A stretch of 64,000 bases of DNA from an uncultured Gemmatimonadales bacterium (GTDB lineage: Bacteria > Gemmatimonadota > Gemmatimonadetes > Longimicrobiales > RSA9): positions 288,001 through 352,000 of the forward strand of contig CAWCRS010000008.1 of the NCBI GenBank assembly GCA_963798085.1. The letters are read 5' to 3'. Under the pieces are notes generated by a model. The model was not told the origin of the DNA and did not search any database. It saw only the letters and a list, made by a program, of their open reading frames with translations. The stretch's first letter is position 1; every line of letters starts with the position of its first letter. Of the stretch, positions 22,901 through 32,685 are shown in pieces. A program made the translations under genes and the position numbers.

Positions 22901-23330
22901 TGGTGTCATCATGGGTCGCGCAGCCGGCGATGTGCAGCTGAGCGCCGGCGCCGGCGATGTGGTTCGCGAATTCACTGTCAGCGTGGTCGGGCGCAGCAGT
23001 CAGACGCCGGGCCGAGGACGCGCTGCCGCCCCGCCGTCCACGGAGACCGGCGGACAGTCGGGCCGATCGGGTGCGGCGAAGCCCACCGTCGGGCAGAAGC
23101 CGCCGCAGGAACCGGATGGCAAGCTTCAGCTCATTGTGGAGCCATGGGCGGTCATCTCGGTGGATGGCGTTGCACGCAGGACAGACAACAGGCTGGAACT
23201 GGCGCTGCCGCCCGGCTCGCACAAGCTGCACCTGGAGAACCCCAACACGGCGAGCATGGACACGATGTTCGACGTCCGTTCGAATGAAACGACGCCGCTG
23301 CGAATCCGTTTGCGGGAGAAGAGCCCGTGA
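19935..23330 (+). CDS. Hanks-type Ser/Thr kinase with N-terminal double zinc ribbons, about six Big_2 Ig repeats, a TM helix, a further Ig and a PEGA-like domain
   Basis: Four CxxC pairs, LGRGGMGSVY, VAIKVL, HRDVKPANI, DFG, GTPEYMSPE. Repeated WxSSDPxVAxV-type motifs, TM LPWIAAVVVVGG. Confidence 0.92.
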   Translation: MAEPGFTCSSCHRDLRPEDAFCSGCGTRVPSRPSHTGLSRRLRAGGSPSAAQQAACASCNSPLRAGEQFCPNCGARQAGTPADARAQDEARRSVLQTLAEATRGRFELVRQLGRGGMGSVYLARELDLDRLVAIKVLASNWLTDEAMVERFRREARTIASLRHPSIVHVHGVGRAADLHYFIMDYIDGVSLASILRLHGALSIPVVRAILYQVGSALSYAHRPGRGVIHRDVKPANIMLDTEGNSFVTDFGISKVTESQSGLTMTGLIMGTPEYMSPEQCRGDAVTFASDQYALGAVAYAMVAGAPPFTGPQYAVLMGHTAESVPPVHEARPDCPTELAKAVHRMLAKSAAERWPDLRDALAAAGARPLLPDDPVREELIALVRAAQGSQPGAAGGAPRFSSKDTGGERTPTWLRIIALPRSLEIGEAIPLRATLGFADGGEMEGRGVRWESTDPSILRVEQDTGRMVAVGVGSAVIRAQSGAAVESAAVDVTETRVARVSLEPATLAIEVGDTARLIARPQSTREQLLERRVLWSSSDPRVASVSVDGVVHAHSAGAASILAHCEGVGAAMNVAVEPARPASIVIGGVPVALPMGEKVTARAKVLDARNQELRRSVNWSVRDPTIITVDAGGVLLGVSAGRTQLSARCDNAQAIADIEVLPVPVARIASSAPPAGMVAGDTFHLDATPLDREGHALDRAITWTVDNAKIVEPLGNGRFRALAHGTAMVTATSDGATANRRIEIEPLRVSALVIEAVSGTLQMDQDLALHATLRDQRGGTLTGTVRWSSSNAFVARVSTSGVVTGAGAGDVTITAECDGVRDSLELTVVEAPWSTVVVRPAEAGSQAAVTEAAVQSGTEGMEEIGALAGPVIVPAPRATRRRRALPWIAAVVVVGGAGSTWVLLHNRASRAGAVAATQNQPPPAAAAPPVAAVTVLDRSGRPVASRIQLTVGDTMGLSARASAADGTLAPDVKIAWRTSDPAVASIDTNGVIMGRAAGDVQLSAGAGDVVREFTVSVVGRSSQTPGRGRAAAPPSTETGGQSGRSGAAKPTVGQKPPQEPDGKLQLIVEPWAVISVDGVARRTDNRLELALPPGSHKLHLENPNTASMDTMFDVRSNETTPLRIRLREKSP

Positions 23331-24670
23331 GCCTTGCAAGAGATGCGGGGATGGCCTGCGTGATACTCCTGGGCGCGGCCACGTCGCTGGCTGCACAGAA
23401 CACGCGGCAGGGACTGATCAGCCAGGCGAGAAGCGAGTTCAGCGACAGTGCTCGCATTCGTCTGCTGCTCTCGGCAATGGATCCGAAACTCGGCTCGCCG
23501 GACAGCCTCTGGGCCGTAGCCGGATACGAGCTGGCCGGCGTGCTGACGAGTTCGGATCGACAGGCTCTCGCTTCCACCTGGCTGCGCTGGATCGTCCGCC
23601 ACGGCGCCGCCTGGCCCATGGACCGGCGGCAATTCACGCCTGCCATGGTACAGGCCTTTGATCAGGCGGTGGCGGCGACACGCGCGACGCCGGACACGGT
23701 GCCCACCCGCTGGGAGTGGCCGGCGCGCTTCGACGCAGCGGCCCCCGGCACCGTGCGCGCGGTCTCTGCGGACCCGTCGCTGACACTCGCGTTGACCGCG
23801 GAGGGTCGCGCCGAGGCGGCGGCCGAGACGCTCAGACTGCCCGCGGGCACGTATGCAATGCGCATTGCGGCGGACGGCTACGAGTCCATGCAACTGACGC
23901 GCGAAGTCCTGCCCGGCGTGACGACCATCCTGGAAGTGAATCCCGTTCCGCTGCTTCCGGACGCGGTACTGGCCGAGGCAGCCGCGAGGGTCCTGCGCAT
24001 CACGCTCACGGTGGAGAACCAGCAGGTGTGCACTAACGGGCTGCTTGCCGCTGCGGATGGCATGGCGCTCACGTCGCTCGGAATGGTGCAGGGTGCGACC
24101 CGCCTGCAGGTTGCGACAGCCGGCGGTGCACAGACGTTCCGCGATATCCGCATTGCCGCGACGGACCCGGCCAGGGATCTGGCCGCGCTGCGGCTGCCCG
24201 CACAGCGCCAGCCTGCAATGAGCGCGGCGGCTCAGGTGAGCAGTGGGGAGTACGCATGGTCCGTGCACTTCGACGGGTGCGGTGCGCTCACGTCCGCACG
24301 CACTCGCCTGACCGACTGGCCCGCGGCACCGACAGCGCCGGTAGCGCTCGCACTGCCATTGCCAGCCGCGGCGATGGGTGCGCCGCTGATCGATCGCGGC
24401 GGCCGCCTGATCGGGCTCGTCACCAGGCCCGACTCGGTTGTGCCCGCGGCACTGACGCGGAACGTGCTCGAGCAGGGAAGAACGAGTTGTGCGGACTGCA
24501 ATCCCGCGCAGCAGCCGCCGGCACAGGCCAGACCGAAACGACATTTCCCCTTCGTCTGGGCCGGTCTCGGAGCCGGCGCGGTCGGTGTCACGGTAGCCCT
24601 GCTCAGTGGCGGCGGCGGTCACTCCGCTCCGCCCACCACGGGTGGCATCATCGTGACGTTCCCCAACTGA
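23327..24670 (+). CDS. Secreted PEGA + degenerate trypsin-like domain protein with a C-terminal hydrophobic anchor
   Basis: 4-bp GTGA overlap with the kinase and a signal peptide. LPAGTYAMRIAADGY, DPARDLAALRL, AMGAPLIDRGGRLIGLVT. Confidence 0.7.
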   Translation: MSLARDAGMACVILLGAATSLAAQNTRQGLISQARSEFSDSARIRLLLSAMDPKLGSPDSLWAVAGYELAGVLTSSDRQALASTWLRWIVRHGAAWPMDRRQFTPAMVQAFDQAVAATRATPDTVPTRWEWPARFDAAAPGTVRAVSADPSLTLALTAEGRAEAAAETLRLPAGTYAMRIAADGYESMQLTREVLPGVTTILEVNPVPLLPDAVLAEAAARVLRITLTVENQQVCTNGLLAAADGMALTSLGMVQGATRLQVATAGGAQTFRDIRIAATDPARDLAALRLPAQRQPAMSAAAQVSSGEYAWSVHFDGCGALTSARTRLTDWPAAPTAPVALALPLPAAAMGAPLIDRGGRLIGLVTRPDSVVPAALTRNVLEQGRTSCADCNPAQQPPAQARPKRHFPFVWAGLGAGAVGVTVALLSGGGGHSAPPTTGGIIVTFPN

Positions 24671-24680
24671 GCGGCCTGCC

Positions 24681-26483
24681 ATGACGACGCGGAATCTCCT
24701 CGTGTGGCTCGCCGGCCTGTGCCTGTTGCCCGCCTGTGAAAGACAATCCCCCAGCGCACCGGATCAGGCGACAATGTCGCTGCGCTTTCTGCGCGACGCG
24801 ACCGCAGGCGCCGCGGACGACGGCATGGTTCACATACTCGGTCCCACACAGATGACCGTGGCCATCAGCCCCGGCACAACGAAGACCATCACCGGGCTGC
24901 AGCCCGGGACGTACACGGTGGCTCTGGAAGCCTTGTCGTCTGCCGAACGGCCGATAGCACCCGAACCGTGTTGCGTGGCGTCGTATGGTGAGACAGCGGG
25001 CATCACGGTCAACGCCGGCCATGACACGCCGGTTACGCTCACGCTCGGCTCGTTCGCGCCGACGCTCGCGAGTCTCCCATCGACCGTCGTGGTGGGACAA
25101 TCGCTCGTGGTCTCCTACAGTCTGGTTGCCTACGCGACGAGCTACTGGGTCGAGCGGAGCTCGAATCCCGACTTCTCGTTCGCCATAGCGGACAAGGTGA
25201 CCGGTTCCCCCTTCTTGTTTCTGGTGGACCAGAGCGGCCCCATCTTCGTCCGCGTGCGTGCCGTGGACCGCTTCGGCACGGTGGGCCTGGCCAGTTCCAC
25301 AGGGGCTTCCACCGGCACGCAGGTTCCGGCGGTGCTTCGCCAGGAAGCCCTCAATGCCTTTGCTCTTGCCTTCAGCGGCGGCAACACGCAGGAGGGGCTC
25401 GTGCTCCTCGACGGACTGCTCGCAGACGAATGGCTGAGTTCGGGACCGTCGGCGGCGCAGCGCGAGGTCGACCAACGCAGTGTTACCCTCACCAACACCA
25501 GTGTGGCCACGGTTTTCCGCAACCTGCACCGCTCAAGGCTCGCTGCGGATTTCGCCGCTCAGCGCATGGCCATCGACGCGCCAACCGATCCTGGGCTTCC
25601 CGAAATGCAGGCGCTGTCTGCGTACACGTGGCTGCTCTTTGCGGAAGACTTCTGCTCCGGAGTGCCCTTCAGCCGCATCGACAGCCAGCACACCATCACG
25701 GCCGGACCGGCCCTGACAACGACGGAAATGCTGGACACCGCGCTGGCACGCTTCGCGACGGTCCGTTTGAATTCCACGTCCGGCACGCAAGCCTGGCTGC
25801 TCGCCACGTTGGGGAGCGCCCGCGCGTATCAGGGCCTCGGCCAGTTTGCTGGCCTGTCCGATTTCCAGAACGCCGCGGCCGCGGCTCAGCAGGTACCGGA
25901 CGTGTTCGAGTACACCGTCGCGCACACGAACAACCCCGTGGAGAAGTCCAACGCGATCTACGTGCTCAATACGGTGGCGAAGCAGTACTCGCTGGCGGAC
26001 CAGGAGGGCGGCAACGGCCTGGCTTTCCGTTCTGCGAACGATCCCCGGCGCGTGCCCTGGCTACGCCAACCCCCGAACAACCTCGGTGCGGACAATCTGA
26101 CGCCGCAGTTCGACCTGCTGAAATACGCCGACCGTTCCGCCGGTGTCGTACTGGCGAGCGGCCTCGAAGCCCGCCTGATCGAGGCGGAAACGCTGGCCCG
26201 AACGGGAAATACAACCGGCGCGGCGGTCAAGCTCAACCAGTTGCGCGTGGCAGCCGGTCTGGCGCCCTTGCCCGGCAACGCGACGCTCAGTGATGTCCTG
26301 CGCGAACGCGCATTCTTCGTTTTCGCCACGGGCCATCGCACGGGTGATCTGCGCCGCACTAACGGTCTCTTTCCAGCAGGCGCGTACCCCAAGGGCGGCA
26401 GTTACGGATCGCAAACCGCTCTGCCCATTCCGGTTGAGCCCGAAAACAATCCGGCCGGACTCCGCTGCCTCGCCAGTTCGTGA
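24681..26483 (+). CDS. Lipoprotein: Ig/FN3 module fused to a RagB/SusD-like domain
   Basis: Lipobox LPAC. The N-terminus is paralogous to the 18417 gene. SusD-like motifs GLLADEW, EDFCSGVPFS, SGLEARLIEAE, LNQLR, RERAFFVFATGHRTGDLRR, LPIP. Confidence 0.8.
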   Translation: MTTRNLLVWLAGLCLLPACERQSPSAPDQATMSLRFLRDATAGAADDGMVHILGPTQMTVAISPGTTKTITGLQPGTYTVALEALSSAERPIAPEPCCVASYGETAGITVNAGHDTPVTLTLGSFAPTLASLPSTVVVGQSLVVSYSLVAYATSYWVERSSNPDFSFAIADKVTGSPFLFLVDQSGPIFVRVRAVDRFGTVGLASSTGASTGTQVPAVLRQEALNAFALAFSGGNTQEGLVLLDGLLADEWLSSGPSAAQREVDQRSVTLTNTSVATVFRNLHRSRLAADFAAQRMAIDAPTDPGLPEMQALSAYTWLLFAEDFCSGVPFSRIDSQHTITAGPALTTTEMLDTALARFATVRLNSTSGTQAWLLATLGSARAYQGLGQFAGLSDFQNAAAAAQQVPDVFEYTVAHTNNPVEKSNAIYVLNTVAKQYSLADQEGGNGLAFRSANDPRRVPWLRQPPNNLGADNLTPQFDLLKYADRSAGVVLASGLEARLIEAETLARTGNTTGAAVKLNQLRVAAGLAPLPGNATLSDVLRERAFFVFATGHRTGDLRRTNGLFPAGAYPKGGSYGSQTALPIPVEPENNPAGLRCLASS

Positions 26484-26584
26484 GCGCGGTCCAATCACAA
26501 CGCGCGCTGCCTTTGCAAGGACGGCTCACTCACGCAGAGCGAGCATTCTCAGGGAGCTCGCCGTGAGCCCGGTGTGTGGCTGGC

Positions 26585-26855
26585 TCCCCACGCCCCGGCC
26601 CATACCCACTCCTCCTCCTCCAGGCCATCTCCCTGCCCAGCAACGGCCCCGTTCCCCGCCGTTACTAACAGATTGTCAGAAGAAGGGACAGGGAGAAGGG
26701 CATGGAGACGAATCCGGGGAGGAGAAAGGGGGAGTGTTTACGGGCAGGGGTAGGGTGGGGCGGGTTCGTGCCCCGGATCCCCACCCCTCAACGGGTGCCC
26801 GTGCCCGCGTCCGACCCCGATCCCCGGGCCCCTCCCCTCACCCTCCCCCCGAACT
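26585..26855. repeat. Three-armed pyrimidine/purine/pyrimidine low-complexity repeat between convergent genes
   Basis: C-rich arm 26585-26660, AT core gttactaacagattgtcag, G-rich arm 26680-26765, then a C-rich arm containing gtgcccgtgccc. Confidence 0.6.
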
Positions 26856-26857
26856 AT

Positions 26858-29776
26858 CTAACGCGGGATTACGCCTTTCTCCGTCTGCGGCAGCCCATCC
26901 GTAAGCCATTTGGGCGCCGGTTTGTCCATCAGATAGTGGTCGAAGAACTGCTTCATGCGGATCGTGAAGTCCTTCTGGTTGTCGCGGTTCGCGAGATTGT
27001 GGCCTCGCCCGGGTACGACAGCAAGATCACCTGTTTGCCATTGCGCCTCGCCGCATTGAAGAACTGGAGCCCCTCGACGTAGTCCACCGCGCCGTCATCC
27101 ATGCCCTGCAGGATCATGAACGGCGTCTTGATGTTGCGCACGTGGAAGAGGGGCGACTGCTCCTCGTAGAGGTCGTTCGAGTTCCAGGGGTCGACATCGG
27201 CGCCCATGCGCACCTGCCCCACTTCCGTGATGCCCTGCTGCACCGTGCCCGTGCTCTTGTACAGCTCATCGTAGAAGCTCGATCAGGTTGGTCGGCGGCG
27301 CGCCCGTGACCACGGCCGCGAACATGTCGGTCTGCGTGACGATGTACGACGACTGGTAGCCGCCCCAGCTGTGGCCCGTGCAGACCAATGTGTTCGGGAT
27401 CCGCGTAGCCCAGGTCGATCACCTTCTTCACCGCGTGCGTCACGCAGTCCACCGCCGACGTGCCCGGGCTTGCCGATCTCGTACACGATGTCCGGCTGGA
27501 ACACCAGGTAGCCGTTGCTCGCGTACGTCGAGATGCTGCGGACTGTTGCTGTAGCCCGGCGTCGAGAAGTTGTGATGCGTGTTCGACATCAGTCTCGTAG
27601 AACTCGACGAGCATGGGGTAGCGCTTGCCCGGCTGGTAGCCGGCCGGCAGCCCAACGTGCCCTGCAGCTTCTGCCCCTTCGAGTTGCTGTAGTCGATGAG
27701 CACCTTCCCCGCCGACCATGCATACTCCGAGAGGAACGGATCCGCATCCGTCACCTTGCGGGGCGAGGCAAACAATGTGTTGGTGGCCCAGTAGTCGGGG
27801 AACTCGTTGTAGTCCTGCTCCGTGAAGACGACGCGGTCCGCGTCATCCGCCTTCTGCGCGCCGCCGATCGCCTTGTCCGCCCAGATCAGCGGCTTCGGGG
27901 CCTCACCGGCCATGACCTGCCAGTAGCCCGACTTCTTGGTGCGATCGCCGTACGCCGACAGCATCACCGGCTTCGACAGATCGATGCCTTCGTCTTCATC
28001 TGCCGCCGCGCCGAAGCCGCCGCCCCGGCCGCCTCGTCCGCCGCCGCCCGCGCCGAAGCGCACGACCCGGAACTGGATCTGCTGTGCCGCGCCCGTGCCG
28101 GCGGTCAGGTTGCGTCGCCCTGCTGCCATCGAGCGGCACCTGCCACACATCGAACTTGTCGTAGAGCAGCACGGAGTGGCCGTCCTTCGACCAGCCGCCC
28201 ACGCCCCACATGGGCCGCTCGTACGCGTGGTCGTCATCCTCGTTGAGGAAGCTCTTGCCGCCCGCGGCCGCGTTCAGGTCGACGACGCTGCCGTTCTCGC
28301 AGGTTGAACGCGCGCGCATCGCCGCTCTTGAGGTAGAGGAACCACTTCGAGTCCGGCGAAGTCCCGTAGGTGCGCGAGAGGGCCTTGTCGATGAGCGTGC
28401 GCTGCCCCGTGCGGATGTCCACCTTGTACAGATCCGCCCGCGACCCGCCCCACGCCACCTCGCCTCTGTACGCGGCGTCATTGCGGCCCACGCCTACCTC
28501 GCTGTTAGCCGCCGTCTGCACGGTGCGCATGTCGTCATCGCCCAGGCGCACGAACCTGCCGCCGGCGACGAAGACCACGGCCGGGTACGTCGCCCGCCGC
28601 AGCTGCGCCAGCTGCACGATCTGCACCGACTGCGGCGTCTGGTCCTTCCAGTGCCAGACGTCCACATTGGCCTTCGTCGAGTCCGACGCCGGGATCTCGG
28701 CCTCCTGCTCCTTGATGCCGACGAACACGCGCGAGCCGTCGCGGCTCCAGCGCGGTGTCGCGTACTCACTCAGCACCATGTCCTTCGGGAACGACGCGTC
28801 GGCCGTTGGGTCGTAGCTGAACTCCGCTCCCTCCGCGCTGCCCAGTCCGCTCCATGCCAGCAGCGTGTTAGCCTTCTGCTTCATCCCCTTCACGGTATCG
28901 CCGCGCAGCACGGCGAGGTTGGAACCTTCGGGGCTCCAGGCGAGGCGCGTCGAAGTCCGCGGCCGCGGTGTTGAGCGCGCGCGTCTCGCCGCTCGCGAGG
29001 TCGAGCAGATAGACGCCGTTGCCCATGCGCTCCGAGGCGGAGACGGTGTAGGCCAGCAGGTTGCCCGCGTCGTCGAACTCGAACTGGTCGACATTGCCAA
29101 TGTTGCGCACCGTTCCGCTGGCCAGCTCGCGCAGGATCAGGTCCGCGCCATCGAACTTCGCATCGGCCTGCGCCTTGTTGAGCCGCACCGCCAGGAACTT
29201 CGAGTCGGCCGAGAACTTCCATGACGCCGCGTTAGCGATCGAGGTCCGGACGCCGCTGGCGAGGTCGAGCAGCTCGAGGTGTCCGACGGGAGGCGTCGCC
29301 TGACCATTCTGTGCAGCACCGCGACCGCCGCCGCCGTTGCCGCCGCGCCCACGTCCGCCCGCGCGCTCCGGCGGGTTCACGAAATAGGTGATCCAGTGCG
29401 AGTCGCCGGAGAACTGCGTCGCGCCGCCACCGCCGCCGCGACCGCCGCGTCCCCCGCCACCACCCGCGCGGCCGCCGCGTCCACCGCCCAGCGAGGACGT
29501 GTAGTCGTGCGTCCCGTCGAGCTCTTTCACGTGCAGCAGCGGCTCACCCTCATTGGGCGAGTACGTGAAGGTCATCCAGCGCCCATCGTGCGACAGCTCG
29601 GTGCCCGTGATGCGGTTCCAGCGGCCGTAGTCCTCGAGGTTGAGGACCTTGTCGCCGCTCGCCGAGCCGGCCGTGGTTGCAGAGGCAATGGCCCGCGTCT
29701 GCGCGTGCAGCTGCAACGGCGTGAGCAGGAACGCGAAGGCGAGGACGCGCGGGAGCAGTGATTGGCGGCGTCGCAT
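26858..29776 (-). CDS. S9 prolyl-oligopeptidase-family peptidase; frameshifted in the assembly
   Basis: Signal peptide and beta-propeller. Joining frames gives GHSWGGY (catalytic Ser), TPFMILQGMDDGAV and YPGE. Ends RMKQFFDHYL...PR* at 26858. Confidence 0.88.
28834..29651. repeat. Direct repeat, copy 1 (S9 5' region); copy 2 at 32722-33535
   Basis: Near-identical sequence from cgcgctgcccagtccgctcc onward. Divergence rises toward the 5' end of the gene. Confidence 0.95.
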
Positions 29777-29841
29777 ACGAGGTTCTCCGGAAGAAGATGT
29801 GCGGGATCAGATAACAGATTGCGAGGCGCCCAGCAAGACAG

Positions 29842-32064
29842 TCAGGCAGGCAGGCGCATGCGTCGCAACAGCGCCTGGAAGCCGGGATGGGTGTGCAGTG
29901 GGCGGAACAGGAACGAGCCCTTGACGCCGTAGACCGCGCCACCCCGATCCTGGAACGCCTGTTCGAGGCACGCCACCGCTTTGTCGTACTCACCGAGGCC
30001 GGTGTAAATGTAGGCCAGGTGATAGGGCGCGACGTAGCGCGTGCGGGACTGCGCCTCGAGCTGTGCCAGCAGTTCGCGCGCGCGTGCCGTCCTGCCGGCC
30101 AGCGCACAGGCCTGCCCGAGTTGCGCCAGCCAGAGGCTGTTGCCGGACGACAGCTCGACCGCGCGCTCGAGCCGGGCCAGCCCTTCCTCCTGCTGCCCCG
30201 ACTCGAACAGAGCCCAGCCGAGCGTGGAGCAGGCACGGGCATCATCGCCTGCGAGCTCGGCGGCATGGCGGGCCGCTTCCACCGCTTCGTCATACCGTCC
30301 CGCGCGCATCAGCAATGTGGCGACGTCGGTACGATGCGCGAGCGGGTCCAGCTCCTGCGCGCGGCGTTGCAGAACGATCGCTTCCTCGAAGCGTTCCTGC
30401 GCCGAGCACAGGCGACCGCACAGGTCGTACGCATCGGCGTCGCCCGGACGCAACTCGATCGCACGCTTGAACGCCGTCTCCGCGCCCGTCCAGTCGAACT
30501 CGTAGACAAGCCTGGCGTAGCCGACGGTGCAATGCGCATCGGCCAGCTCACTGTCGATGGCCAGGGCCCGCGCGGCGGCGGCCTGCGCACGCGGATAGGC
30601 ATCATCGGGCGGCAGCGCGCCCATCTCGCCCAGCTCCGTGAGCGCCATCGCGATACCGGCGAACGCCGGCGCATAGTCCGGGTCATGCGCGATGGCTCGC
30701 TCGAAGTACTCGATTGCCTTGCGCATGCTGTCACTGGTGTAGCGGATCAGGTGATGACGACCCTGCAGGTGCAGCTGGTAGGCGTGCGGGTCGCGGGTCG
30801 GCTGCCGCTCGATGCGAACGCGCTCGACCGGCGAGAGTTCCGCTCGCAACGCGCCGACGATCTGCAGTGCCACCTCCGACTGTATCGCGAAGATGTCGGT
30901 CAGCTCCCGGTCGTACGTTTCCGCCCAGAGGTGCTGGTCGGTGTCCGCATTCACCAGTTGGGCGACAATGCGCACGCGCGATCCGGCGCGGCGCACACTG
31001 CCTTCCAGCACCGCACCCACCTGCAGCTGTTGCGCGATTTCGCGCAGGCCCTGCGTGTGCTGCTTGAACGGCATCACCGACGTTCGCGAGACAACCTTCA
31101 GTGCGCGGATCTTGGAGAGCTGCGCGATGACATCCTCGGTGATGCCGTCGGCGAAGTACTCGTTCTCCGGATCAGCGCTCAGGCTCACGAACGGCAGTAC
31201 CGCAACCGAGGGCAGCGCCGCAGTGGCAGCGGGCCGTCGTGACAGCGCGTCGGTGAATGCCGCCATGGTGCTGAACCGGTCGGCCGGACTCTTGGCCAGT
31301 GCACGTTGCAGCGCGGCCGCCACCTCGGCGGGCACTGCAGGCCGGAACCGCGCGATCGGCGGCGGCGTCTCCATCACATGCTGGTGGAACAGGCGCTCAA
31401 CGCCCGGCCCGCGGAACGGTGGCTGCCCCGCCAGCATCTCGTACAGCGTGCACGCCAGGCTGTAGAGATCGCTGCGCCCGTCGGTCGCGCTTTCGCCCGC
31501 CGCCTGCTCCGGACTCATGTACAGTGGGGTGCCCGGCGCCATACCCGATCGGGTGAGCACGGTATCGCTCGAGTCGCGCAGCAGACGGGTGATGCCGAAG
31601 TCCATTAACAGCGCATGGCCGTGCTCGAGCAGGATGTTCTCCGGCTTGACGTCGCGGTGGACGACGCCGCGGCTGTGCGCGTAGCCCAGTGCGTCCGCCA
31701 CTTCGCGCGCGATCTGCAGCGCCGCATCCACCGGCAGCTGTCGCTCGCGTTGCAGCCGCGAGCGCAACGTCTCGCCCTCCACGAGTGGCATCACGAAATA
31801 CAGGAAGCCGTCCGCTTCACCGGAATCGTAGAGTGGCAGGATGTGCGGGTGATGCAGTTTCGCGGTGGTCTCGATCTCGCGCAGGAAACGTTCCGGGCCC
31901 AGCGCCGCCGCCAGCTCCGGACGCAGTACCTTGATCGCGACCTTGCGCCCGTGCCGGATATCGTCCGCCTCGTAGACGCGCGCCGTGCCACCTGCCCCCA
32001 GCTCGCGCTCGATCGTGTAGCGGCTGGCAAGCGCCTGGCGGAGACCGTCCGGAATACCGCTCAC
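29842..32064 (-). CDS. Ser/Thr kinase with TolB-N-like and TPR domains
   Basis: GTG 32064 with GGAGG RBS. ELGAGG, HRDVKPEN, DFG, SVAVLPFVSLSADPENEYFADGITED, and TPR repeats. Confidence 0.93.
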   Translation of the reverse strand: MSGIPDGLRQALASRYTIERELGAGGTARVYEADDIRHGRKVAIKVLRPELAAALGPERFLREIETTAKLHHPHILPLYDSGEADGFLYFVMPLVEGETLRSRLQRERQLPVDAALQIAREVADALGYAHSRGVVHRDVKPENILLEHGHALLMDFGITRLLRDSSDTVLTRSGMAPGTPLYMSPEQAAGESATDGRSDLYSLACTLYEMLAGQPPFRGPGVERLFHQHVMETPPPIARFRPAVPAEVAAALQRALAKSPADRFSTMAAFTDALSRRPAATAALPSVAVLPFVSLSADPENEYFADGITEDVIAQLSKIRALKVVSRTSVMPFKQHTQGLREIAQQLQVGAVLEGSVRRAGSRVRIVAQLVNADTDQHLWAETYDRELTDIFAIQSEVALQIVGALRAELSPVERVRIERQPTRDPHAYQLHLQGRHHLIRYTSDSMRKAIEYFERAIAHDPDYAPAFAGIAMALTELGEMGALPPDDAYPRAQAAAARALAIDSELADAHCTVGYARLVYEFDWTGAETAFKRAIELRPGDADAYDLCGRLCSAQERFEEAIVLQRRAQELDPLAHRTDVATLLMRAGRYDEAVEAARHAAELAGDDARACSTLGWALFESGQQEEGLARLERAVELSSGNSLWLAQLGQACALAGRTARARELLAQLEAQSRTRYVAPYHLAYIYTGLGEYDKAVACLEQAFQDRGGAVYGVKGSFLFRPLHTHPGFQALLRRMRLPA

Positions 32065-32210
32065 GTCACCTCCGGGCCGCGAGCGCCGGATGGGTGCGGC
32101 TGATGGTTTCGGGTGAGGACCGCCGGATACGTGCGGCTGGGGATCTTCATCGCCGCCCAAGCTAGATTCCGGCGAGGGGGCCGTCCAGCGAACTCACGCC
32201 TGCGGGAGGG

Positions 32211-32543
32211 TCAGGTACGTTTGCGCGCGCTGCGTGTCTGGAAGTGAGCGCTGCCCAGGATCGCCACAGCGGAGAGCAGCGGGCCCGTGCCGAACACACC
32301 GGTCAGCCCGCACAGGTTGCCGGCATCGGCCGGAGCACAGGCCACGGCGATCCCCGCCATCATCCCGACGACTCCGCCCACTGCGCCGGCGAGGACGATC
32401 GTGAGCAGATAGCGCGCCGGCGAGATGCGCTCGCCGGAACGCGGCGTTCGCCGGTACGCCGCGTAGTAGATCGGCACCGCAATCACGGCGCCGACCAGCG
32501 CCAGCGGACCCGCGGATAACACGCTGTACAGTTCCGAGCTCAT
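32211..32543 (-). CDS. Small 3-TM membrane protein (paralog of 34849-35178)
   Basis: GAGG RBS. GIAVACAPADAGNLCGLTGVFGTGPLL is shared with the paralog. Confidence 0.75.
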   Translation of the reverse strand: MSSELYSVLSAGPLALVGAVIAVPIYYAAYRRTPRSGERISPARYLLTIVLAGAVGGVVGMMAGIAVACAPADAGNLCGLTGVFGTGPLLSAVAILGSAHFQTRSARKRT

Positions 32544-32685
32544 GCGCACCTCGCGTTCATTCTGCCTATTCTCGACCACGCGTGGGCAATTGCGTAGTTC
32601 CAGTCCGACCCCAACCCGATCGTGTGCACCTGTACGCCACTCCAGGGACCGATCCGACGCGCTGGCACGGGACTGGCCGTAAGGT

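Noticed and set aside
10607..26857. CRISPR array in the repeat-like intergenic tracts
   Set aside because: There are no regularly spaced identical repeats with unique spacers, and no cas genes.
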